Positions 16,511 through 24,317 of a DNA stretch of 64,000 nt are shown here, piece by piece (the stretch's first letter is position 1; every line of letters begins with the position of its first letter). Source of the DNA: Spirochaetia bacterium. Lineage in GTDB: Bacteria; Spirochaetota; Spirochaetia; DSM-2461. The position numbers were made by a program, and so were the translations under genes. The notes under the pieces were generated by a model. The model made no database searches. It was not told the origin of the DNA and saw nothing but the letters and a program-made list of their open reading frames with translations. The DNA lies in assembly GCA_963666985.2 (NCBI GenBank), contig CAXXIA010000001.1:1312001-1376000 (forward strand), given 5' to 3'.

Positions 16511-18521
16511 CTACAACCTCCGTCCATGCATAGGAACCATCTTCGTTCTTTTCAAAACGCAACGACAACCGCGTTCCCGGAGATAAAAGAAGATTTCGAA
16601 CAGCGTTCTTCTCTTCACCGCCGGCGCTTAAGCGATACTCTCCCGGCGGTAAAACATATTCCCGCGCATTCGGATTCATCATTTGGAGTTTCCGAAATCC
16701 GCCTTCATCACCGCCGTGACGATATGTCGTATCGCCCTGAAGCCGAGGCTTTTTAAAGGGAATCGCGGAAGAGAGAACAAGAACGGCCGGTTCGGGCCGC
16801 ATGCCGACCTCAACACGGTATCGGGATATCCCGGCGTCAAGCCTCGCGAGAGCCTCAACGGGGACAAACCCCGTTTTGGAAAACGCGAAAGAATATGTTC
16901 GTCCGGAATGCAGAAGCATGGGATTATCCTGAATTCGGTATAACATCGGTTTGCCGCCGGGCTCGGCGGCGGCATCGGAAATCACGACATTGACGTTTTT
17001 CGTGATATCCCCGCCGGTATCTTCCCGAATCACTCTCCAGGAAATCGATACAGGTTTTATCTCCGGTTCCCAGGGAATTGAAAGATTAATAATGGGAGGA
17101 TTCCTTCCCTCATCCGCTAAAGCCGTTCTCCGGTCCTTTAAGGAGGGAACACGGACGACTCTTGAAGTTCCATCCTCTCCGATCAGGAGCGTTACGAGGT
17201 AGCTGCCGGGCTTCAGCGCAAGAGTTCTGGTAACCAGTTTCCGTTCCGATTCATCAGCCGCCGATTCATCACGGGAACCCGTCATTTGCTTCAGCATTTC
17301 ACCGAAAGAAAGTTTTGCGGCGAGATCTTCTTGAACCGGTTCCCACGCCCCGCCGACCATTCGATGGACATTCACCGAAATGAAAGGATCCGGCATGGGT
17401 TCATCGGGGAGAGGAATACTGATCCGCAAACCGCCCAAGCCGCCCGGAAGCAGCACACGCGGCATGAAGCCCGATACCGAAGCAATCCACCACAGCCCGA
17501 CGATTCCCGCCGCCGCGGCCAGTCCGATCAGACCGACGGCGGCCATGCGATAAAGCCCTCTGCGGCTCTTCGACTCGTCCCTCGGAGAAAGGCGCCTGTC
17601 GGCCACCAGATCGGCAAGCTTGCGCCTTAGGTTCTCCTCGCTTCTTCTGGCTAAAAAACGCTCAACGCGCTTGAGCATTTTCTCCGCGCTCTTGTATCTG
17701 AATTCCGCCCGCGGTCTGACGGCGCGACGCACAAGACGATTGGAAATGCCTTTGGACTCCGGACGGGCTTTCCGCAGTCTTTCGTACTTTCCCTTCCGAA
17801 TTCTTTCGAGCATTTCCGGCAAAGAGGCGCCCGTAAAGGGTTTTCTGCCGGTGAGGCATTCGTAGAGAAGGATTCCGCAGGAATAAATATCGGCGCGGCC
17901 GTCGACGGTTCCGGCATTTCGAAACTGCTCGGGAGCCATGTATAAGGGCGTACCGAGCGTCATCCCTTCTTTCGTCAGACCGTCGGCATCCACGGTTTGG
18001 TTGTGGGCGATGCCGAAATCCGTCAGCTTCACCTCGCCTTTCGAAGAAATAAGAATGTTCGCCGGTTTAATATCCCGATGCACGACGCCCTTGGAATGAG
18101 CGAAGGCCAGGGCCCGCAGGGTATCCCGCAGGATAAGCAAAGCCACATCGTCGTCCAGATACCGGTGTTTCTCCAGAAGCTGTGAAACGGAACATCCGTC
18201 GACGTACTCCATAACCATGCAATAAGAGCTTGCCGTCTTAAAATGATCGAAGTAATTGACGATGTTCACATGCTGGAATCCCATCATGATGGTGGCTTCC
18301 CGCTGAAAGCGCTGCGCGAACTGTTCGCTCCCTGTCAGGGTGAGCATTTTCAACACGACCGGCTGATCAAGCGTCGGATGCTCCGCTTTATAAATCGCTC
18401 CCATGCCGCCCTTGGCCAGCAGAACGGCGTTCCGGTATTTGCCGATCTTCTTCCCGGGTTTGGACTCTTTTTCCGATTCGGCCGACGCTCCCTTTTTCGA
18501 ATCACCTGTGGAACCGCTCAA
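16503..18521 (-). CDS. Hanks-type Ser/Thr protein kinase, membrane-anchored, with extracytoplasmic beta domains
   Basis: GGMGAIY, VVLK, RFQREA, MEYVDG, HRDIKPAN, DFGIA, GTPLYMAPE, DIYSCG; a TM helix after the kinase domain. Confidence 0.95.
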   Translation of the reverse strand: MSGSTGDSKKGASAESEKESKPGKKIGKYRNAVLLAKGGMGAIYKAEHPTLDQPVVLKMLTLTGSEQFAQRFQREATIMMGFQHVNIVNYFDHFKTASSYCMVMEYVDGCSVSQLLEKHRYLDDDVALLILRDTLRALAFAHSKGVVHRDIKPANILISSKGEVKLTDFGIAHNQTVDADGLTKEGMTLGTPLYMAPEQFRNAGTVDGRADIYSCGILLYECLTGRKPFTGASLPEMLERIRKGKYERLRKARPESKGISNRLVRRAVRPRAEFRYKSAEKMLKRVERFLARRSEENLRRKLADLVADRRLSPRDESKSRRGLYRMAAVGLIGLAAAAGIVGLWWIASVSGFMPRVLLPGGLGGLRISIPLPDEPMPDPFISVNVHRMVGGAWEPVQEDLAAKLSFGEMLKQMTGSRDESAADESERKLVTRTLALKPGSYLVTLLIGEDGTSRVVRVPSLKDRRTALADEGRNPPIINLSIPWEPEIKPVSISWRVIREDTGGDITKNVNVVISDAAAEPGGKPMLYRIQDNPMLLHSGRTYSFAFSKTGFVPVEALARLDAGISRYRVEVGMRPEPAVLVLSSAIPFKKPRLQGDTTYRHGGDEGGFRKLQMMNPNAREYVLPPGEYRLSAGGEEKNAVRNLLLSPGTRLSLRFEKNEDGSYAWTEVVDE

Positions 18522-19549
18522 TTCACATCCTCCGTAGAGTCATCCGGAATAACAATGATGTCTCTCTCCGGATCGGGATTTCTTCCGGACGATAAAACCG
18601 CCGCGATATACATATCGGGGTTGTGTATTTGGACATATCGCCCTCCCGCTCTCAGACCGTAGAGTTCACCCACGGGCCGATGCCCTCCGAAATAAAGCGC
18701 ACCGTCCGCGTCAACTCCCAAATACTCCTCCAGCATGGCCTCGACGCTTCCGTTTTCCGCCTCGCCGTTACCCGTCCATGTGAAGTCGAAAATCACTTCA
18801 TCATCGCCCCGATAATTTATCACTCTCTCCCTCGGGTATAAACGGCGGGGTTCGGCGTGAGAGATCAAAAACGAATCTCCCACGGCCAGAAGAGGCAGCG
18901 AAGCTTCAAACTCGGCCCAACGTCTCAGCATATCCTCACCGAGAAAGATTAAAAACCAATCCCGGACCATTTGGCCTTCCCAAGCATATTTACCGAACGG
19001 ACGATTCCCTTCGGTTTCCGCGTTGGCGACATTCTCGTGATTTCCCTTAAGGAAATGGAAGCGATCGGGAACGGCGGCTTTGAGAATCATCACCATGGCC
19101 ATAAGCGAAAGACTTTCCCGCATTTCCTCATCCATGGCTTTATGCGTTCGATAACCGCCGCGATATTCCTTCCAGGCGGTTTTCCATCGTGCGGCACCCC
19201 TCGATTCGCTGTGGAAGCCGTCTCCGACACAGAGCACCTGTATCCGGCCGGCGAAAAGTCCGTCGATAACCGGAATCCCGTCGATTTTCATGTCGAGGAG
19301 AGATCTCATATATCCCGTTCGCGCATGAAGATCGGGAACAACAACGGTGGTGAGATTCGGATCGAGAAGGATGAGGCCTCCCGGACGGCCTTGAGCGTCA
19401 CGGGGTCTTACGGCCGGAGTTTCTTCATTCAGAGCGTTCTGCGCCGATTCGAGGATAACGGAGAGATCGTTGAAATCAGGGATGTCGGCGGCCTCATCCA
19501 ATCTGGCGAAAACGCTGCGGATTGCTTGCGCGGGATGGGAATCCATCAA
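18518..19549 (-). CDS. Calcineurin-like metallophosphoesterase (candidate protein phosphatase)
   Basis: PDLHA, VGDGFH, KGNHEN, SHAEP and GGH metal-binding motifs. Confidence 0.85.
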   Translation of the reverse strand: MMDSHPAQAIRSVFARLDEAADIPDFNDLSVILESAQNALNEETPAVRPRDAQGRPGGLILLDPNLTTVVVPDLHARTGYMRSLLDMKIDGIPVIDGLFAGRIQVLCVGDGFHSESRGAARWKTAWKEYRGGYRTHKAMDEEMRESLSLMAMVMILKAAVPDRFHFLKGNHENVANAETEGNRPFGKYAWEGQMVRDWFLIFLGEDMLRRWAEFEASLPLLAVGDSFLISHAEPRRLYPRERVINYRGDDEVIFDFTWTGNGEAENGSVEAMLEEYLGVDADGALYFGGHRPVGELYGLRAGGRYVQIHNPDMYIAAVLSSGRNPDPERDIIVIPDDSTEDVN

Positions 19550-20076
19550 TCTCCGTCTATCCTGGTCTCATCGACAGCCTGAAATTCCCGCGTTAACGCG
19601 ACCGTGGCTTCATCAAGCTTTTCATTCTGATACTCCAGCGCCAGAGCGGCGGGCAGAACCGCCAGCCTATAGACGGCCGAACTCTTCTTAACCGGTCCCT
19701 TTTTGAAGAGAATCTCGCCGCCCTTTATAACCTCTCCGCCGAGAACCGCATCATCGGATTCCGCTCTTGAGGGAACATCCCTTCGACGGTCGATACTGAC
19801 ATACACGGCCCGTCTCCGGCCTTTTTCATCCGGACCGACGGCCACAAGAGAACCCGACATTGTCAAAGCCAGAAAACCCCGTTTGGAATCGGATAAACGT
19901 TCGGAACTCTCCATTCCCATGGATTCGGCCTGACGGTCGAAAGCCGTTTCCTTTTCTCTCCATCCTTCGGCCAAAATCTCAAGGGACTTCTCTCCGGCGG
20001 GCAGTCCGCTTCCCTCGCGGATCGCTTCCAAATGTTCCCGAACCGCCGGATCCAAACCGGCGAAAATACCGCTCAT
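19546..20076 (-). CDS. Hypothetical cytoplasmic protein, first gene of the kinase operon
   Basis: 176 aa ORF with strong RBS GGGAGG; overlaps the phosphoesterase gene. Confidence 0.75.
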   Translation of the reverse strand: MSGIFAGLDPAVREHLEAIREGSGLPAGEKSLEILAEGWREKETAFDRQAESMGMESSERLSDSKRGFLALTMSGSLVAVGPDEKGRRRAVYVSIDRRRDVPSRAESDDAVLGGEVIKGGEILFKKGPVKKSSAVYRLAVLPAALALEYQNEKLDEATVALTREFQAVDETRIDGD

Positions 20077-20137
20077 CTGTATTTCCTCCCTAATTTCTTT
20101 AAATATAACGCACCGTTATGCACCGACCGAAAAGACG

Positions 20138-20842
20138 TCAGCGGAAGGAAAGTTTCGTTTCTAAAGAAGAGTAAATGAACTCATGGATGCCGTTCACCGT
20201 TTCCTCCGGAAGATTCTCCCGAAACTGAAATACATGGATAAGCTGTCCGGCGAACAAGCGTTTGGAGACGAATCGTCCCGAAAGGAGCAAACTGTGTCCG
20301 TGAAGATTCACGTTCATTTTCTCCACCTCGACAAATCCGAAATCTTCGGGTTCCGGTTTGAACGTACAAGAACAGCCCGCGGCGCTGATATCGTGAAGGA
20401 TTCCCGCAAACCGTTTTCCGTCCCGATGGAAATCGAATATGGCAATGGAGGCGTTTTGATTTCCGAACCTGACATGACGGCGGTACCCTTGAGCGTGAGC
20501 ATTTCTTAAAAACCCGATGATTCCGTCTTTATATCTTTTTTCGGGTCCTCCGACGGCTCCCTGAAATCCCTCGGGGATATCGTTTTCTCCCAAAACGATA
20601 AGGGAACAAGACGATCCGCCTTTGATAAAAGCCTCGGCCATTTTCAGCCAATCGCGTCTTTCTTCATTCTTCATTTCCAGAAAAAAAATGGAATCCCTCT
20701 GTTCGGAGACATCAAGGGCCACGGGATCGTCGATTCCGTATGCTTCGAACTCCAACTCCCTTAGAGACTCCACCGTCGATTGTCTTAATTCTTTATTCGG
20801 ACATGCGATAAATATCTGACAACCTTGAAAATCCATGTCCAC
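20138..20842 (-). CDS. PilZ-domain protein (c-di-GMP receptor)
   Basis: RRHVR (RxxxR) and DISAAG (DxSxxG) motifs in the C-terminal half. Confidence 0.8.
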   Translation of the reverse strand: MDMDFQGCQIFIACPNKELRQSTVESLRELEFEAYGIDDPVALDVSEQRDSIFFLEMKNEERRDWLKMAEAFIKGGSSCSLIVLGENDIPEGFQGAVGGPEKRYKDGIIGFLRNAHAQGYRRHVRFGNQNASIAIFDFHRDGKRFAGILHDISAAGCSCTFKPEPEDFGFVEVEKMNVNLHGHSLLLSGRFVSKRLFAGQLIHVFQFRENLPEETVNGIHEFIYSSLETKLSFR

Positions 20843-20854
20843 CTCAGGCTTCTT

Positions 20855-22855
20855 TTATACCGTTAAGATAACCGCGGCAAGAAGAATGAATAAAACCGCC
20901 GTTACATATTTAACCAGAGCACCGTGCTTTCTGAAGACATTCGCCATACGAACCGCCGAAACGCCTTTGTAGGATACAATAAAAATCGTGATAAGAGGAA
21001 TTATAAACGCCGCGTTATAAATTGCGAGCCAAAACCACGGCCGGGAGCCTTCTCCTCTGGCGATCATCCAGGCGATTGTCGGCAAATAGACCTGCCCGGT
21101 ACAGCCCAGTTCGATCAAGGCCACTATCGCTCCCAGGAATAAAGCGCCTCCTGCGGCGGCTCCCGAACGGACGCTGCCGCGGATTATTCCATGCGCCCGG
21201 GCGGAAAGATTTCCCGGCAGTTTGAGAATTAAATCACTTCGTCCCTTGGAAAGACGAATCCCGTCGATAACGCTTAAAACGGCCAACGCGGCCAGGATTA
21301 AAGCCAGAACAATCTCCAGTCCCCGCCGGATTCCCGGAGAGACGGCGAAACGCCTGAGTCCGCCCAGCAAACCGGCTCCGATCAGCGAATAGGTTATAAA
21401 AACTCCGCAAGCATAGCTCAGACCGATGGCAAGCATCGTCTTTTTCGACCTTCCCGCCAGCGCCAGCGCAGAAATCAGAAAAACCATGGCTGAAAACGCG
21501 CAGGGATTCACGCCGTCGAGCAGGCCGGCAAGAAAAACGGCTCCCGGCTCCCATTGAACGCCGAAACCGCCCTTCTCTTTTTTGTTATCCGTATTCCGAT
21601 GAGCTGATCCGCCCGCCGCAAAGGCCATCAGGCCGTTTTTTATTTCATCATCTCCCTGAAGCACTTCATTTCCAACGAACATAACGGGAATTAAGCGAAG
21701 TTCAACTCCTCGTTGTTCCAACAGGGCAAGCAATTCATCAAAATCCTCCGGATCGCCGGTATCGTACTCTTCAACGATAATCGTTCCGCCTGAAGCTTTT
21801 TCAATATCCGGAATGCCGTCCCAGAGAAAATCTTCACACTCCCGGCACCCGAAAGGATACCAATACATTGCATTAACAAGATCTCCTGACGGTTTTACAT
21901 CCGAATGAGCTTTCCTTGCATCCGCCAAAGCCCGAGCCGTCAGGTCTTTTACATAGGCATCGTAAAAAGCCGTGATTTCCCGTGACTCGGGAGCTTTCCC
22001 TCTGATCAGTTCATAAGACTCGATAAGAGGGGCCGAACCGGAATTGAAGAGGACTCGGACAATACCGTTTCCCCGCGGCGCGGGCGATACCCATGGGATT
22101 TTCACGCCTGAGGCTTCCAGAAAGCCCGCGGCGGCCCCCGAACTCTCCAGAGCACCGGGAGCCGAGCCTCCCGTTAGAACAACCGCGTCCATCGCCGCAG
22201 GCATTCCCGGCTTCATCATCTTGATGCCGTTTGCAAGGCTGTCGAGGCTCCCTCTGTAAATGAGGATTCGATATGATCCGTCCGAATCGGCCGCGATCTT
22301 CAAAACCTCTTCAAGTTCCCTTGCCGCGAAGCCTCGCGCGGACGGCTCCGGATTGCAGGAGGCAAGGGACACGCTCCCCTTTCCGGAACCCAGCAGGAAC
22401 GTATGATTTTCATCCGGTAACGATCGAAGAAAAAACTTTGATTGATAACCGGCCGCCGCGGAGAGGGGAACATTCCGGGATCTTTTTAGGGCGGCGCCGA
22501 AGTTGTCTCTCAAATCCGCAGCGTCCGCAATCAAAGCATCATAGCCGACGATCGATGCGGCGAGATCCAGATAATGTTCCAGCAAGGGATCGGATCGGCC
22601 GGATTCCCGGAATCCTCCCGCGTCGATGAGAAAGGAATCCTCGGATCGGTCCTCCAGAAAGGCATGTATTGACGAGAGTCCGGCCGATGCTCCCTCAGGG
22701 CAGTCGCATCCCGAAAGATACCCTTGGATATCCGAGGTAATCCAAACGCTTATCGCGTTTTCGGAGGCATTCAGATGTGTGGCAAAAAAAAGGATCGGCA
22801 ACACGGCGAGAAGTCGCCGGAGTCTTTGAGATTTCAGACCTACTAATAACGTCAT
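20855..22855 (-). CDS. Exported fusion: UshA/5'-nucleotidase-like N-domain, CxxC thioredoxin-like domain, CcdA/DsbD-type membrane domain
   Basis: Signal peptide; TSDIQGYLSGCDC...LIDAGG; GCREC...IPVMFVGN; GLLDGVNPCAF and ELGCTGQVYLP within about six TM helices. Confidence 0.75.
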   Translation of the reverse strand: MTLLVGLKSQRLRRLLAVLPILFFATHLNASENAISVWITSDIQGYLSGCDCPEGASAGLSSIHAFLEDRSEDSFLIDAGGFRESGRSDPLLEHYLDLAASIVGYDALIADAADLRDNFGAALKRSRNVPLSAAAGYQSKFFLRSLPDENHTFLLGSGKGSVSLASCNPEPSARGFAARELEEVLKIAADSDGSYRILIYRGSLDSLANGIKMMKPGMPAAMDAVVLTGGSAPGALESSGAAAGFLEASGVKIPWVSPAPRGNGIVRVLFNSGSAPLIESYELIRGKAPESREITAFYDAYVKDLTARALADARKAHSDVKPSGDLVNAMYWYPFGCRECEDFLWDGIPDIEKASGGTIIVEEYDTGDPEDFDELLALLEQRGVELRLIPVMFVGNEVLQGDDEIKNGLMAFAAGGSAHRNTDNKKEKGGFGVQWEPGAVFLAGLLDGVNPCAFSAMVFLISALALAGRSKKTMLAIGLSYACGVFITYSLIGAGLLGGLRRFAVSPGIRRGLEIVLALILAALAVLSVIDGIRLSKGRSDLILKLPGNLSARAHGIIRGSVRSGAAAGGALFLGAIVALIELGCTGQVYLPTIAWMIARGEGSRPWFWLAIYNAAFIIPLITIFIVSYKGVSAVRMANVFRKHGALVKYVTAVLFILLAAVILTV

Positions 22856-22917
22856 CGAACATAGAATAATCCGGTTCGGCGAAAAACAGCCATAGAATCA
22901 AAGAAAGTTGGTTATAA

Positions 22918-23170
22918 GAAACAAAAAAGGCGATCCCTCAAGACCACCTTATCTCCGGGCGATCCCGGCGACACCGAATTCGCCCTCCGCAGCCCGGCGT
23001 AGCTACGCTTTGTTATTCGCTCGTTCGGAACAGCCTGTGCATTATACTGGCTTTTCGCTCACTCCGCTCCGGCGTTCTGCCGGACTTCTCCGGGCCGCTG
23101 CTTCGTCCTTCCGTGGGCGTCCCGCCTGCTCTTCCGCTTCGCGGCGGCCTTAAGCCTTCGAATCCGGCGA
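22918..23170 (-). repeat. tRNA-associated element ending in a degenerate copy of the tRNA-Val 3' end plus a terminator-like hairpin
   Basis: 22967-22982 matches tRNA 23222-23237 at 14/16; an anti-T-loop sequence lies at 23157-23165. Confidence 0.6.
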
Positions 23171-23184
23171 ATGTTTTCGGAAAT

Positions 23185-23216
23185 AAAAAAAAGCGACCCC
23201 GATAAGGATCGCTTTT
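23185..23216 (-). terminator. Intrinsic terminator after tRNA-Val(GAC)
   Basis: Minus strand AAAAGCGATCC-loop-GGGTCGCTTTTTTTT. Confidence 0.8.
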
Positions 23217-23219
23217 CTA

Positions 23220-23293
23220 TGGGCGACACTGGATTCGAACCAGTGACCCCGTGCATGTCAAGCACGTACTCTAACCAACTGAGCTAGCCGCCC
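23220..23293 (-). tRNA. tRNA-Val(GAC)
   Basis: GGGCGGCTAGCTCAGTTGGTTAGAGTA CGTGC-TTGACAT-GCACG GGGTC ACTGG-TTCGAAT-CCAGT GTCGCCCA; CCA not encoded. Confidence 0.97.
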
Positions 23294-23304
23294 GACGAGG
23301 CATC

Positions 23305-23332
23305 ATTCTAATGAAACGGCAAAACATGTCAA
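23305..23332 (-). promoter_or_regulatory. sigma70 promoter for tRNA-Val(GAC)
   Basis: Minus strand TTGACA-N16-TAGAAT, 11 nt upstream of the tRNA. Confidence 0.75.
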
Positions 23333-23383
23333 CCATTTTCCTCTTCAACGGAAAAGAAATACGCCGATGCCGTTTCATTTGAA

Positions 23384-23821
23384 TCAGCTTTTAAGAACGC
23401 TGATAACCCTTTCCAGAACCTTTTTACGGTCCAGCGGCTTCACAATGTAATTTTTTGCGCCCATAAGAAGTGATTTTTTGACCAAATCCTGTTTCCCCAG
23501 AGCGCTGATCATCACGACTTTCGCCTCTTTATCAAATTCAATGATCTTCTCCAGAGCCGTTACTCCATCCATACGGGGCATCGTGATGTCCATGGTGACC
23601 AAATCGACGTTCGGGTACAGTTCTTTGTACTTTTCCACGCCGTCCTGACCGTCCGTTGCCGTCGCGACGACATTAAACCCTTCGGATGTAAGTATTTGAC
23701 CTATTTGCTTGGTTACGAACATGGAATCATCAACCACCAGGACCTTATATCCCTGGCCGTCGTTTTTTGTTCCGTCCGGAGTTCGTTCATTGATGTTTGG
23801 GAAATCGCTTGTAGTTTTCAC
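23384..23821 (-). CDS. cheY: Chemotaxis response regulator CheY (spirochaete type with N-terminal extension)
   Basis: VLVVDDS, MDITMPRMDG, ISA, YIVKP; last gene of the che cluster. Confidence 0.92.
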   Translation of the reverse strand: MKTTSDFPNINERTPDGTKNDGQGYKVLVVDDSMFVTKQIGQILTSEGFNVVATATDGQDGVEKYKELYPNVDLVTMDITMPRMDGVTALEKIIEFDKEAKVVMISALGKQDLVKKSLLMGAKNYIVKPLDRKKVLERVISVLKS

Positions 23822-23834
23822 GGGCAGTCCCCTC

Positions 23835-24299
23835 CTACATTCGTTCCCTGATGGCCACGTTGATTTCCACCAGGCCCTGTTCCATTTCGAGAGGAACGAT
23901 CAATGCTTCCACATCAGCGTTGGAAACCTGCATGTTGTCGCCTGTGATGATGGACGGCGGAGTCAAGTCGAACTTGAATCCGAGTTCGAAAAGCTTGGTT
24001 ACGGCCTGGGCGGTAATCATGTTGGCAAGTTCGGTTATCGTAGCCTTTACCAGATCGTCAAGCTCGGTCAGCTCTTCTCCGTTCATCGTCGAGGCAATCT
24101 TAATCGCGGTATCTCGACTCATATCGATGAGAACTCTTCCTTCGACATCGCCGGCAAGACCGACGAGCGCCGCCACCCCCATGACGGGTTGTGATGTCTT
24201 CTTTAAGTAGAGATCCTTGCGATCAATATGAGCCTGCAGAACTTCCTGCATGATACTGAACGCTGACTCAACGAATGGATTGATGTATTCGACCCTCAT
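23835..24299 (-). CDS. cheX: Chemotaxis phosphatase CheX
   Basis: YINPFVE, VGLAGDVEG, ELANMI (ExxN), LTPPSIITG. Confidence 0.95.
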   Translation of the reverse strand: MRVEYINPFVESAFSIMQEVLQAHIDRKDLYLKKTSQPVMGVAALVGLAGDVEGRVLIDMSRDTAIKIASTMNGEELTELDDLVKATITELANMITAQAVTKLFELGFKFDLTPPSIITGDNMQVSNADVEALIVPLEMEQGLVEINVAIRERM

Positions 24300-24317
24300 G
24301 TCGCTCTCCTCTGTCCG

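Noticed and set aside
22908..23265. 81-aa and 68-aa ORFs near tRNA-Val(GAC)
   Set aside because: They overlap the tRNA, its terminator and the repeat element, and show no protein-like features.
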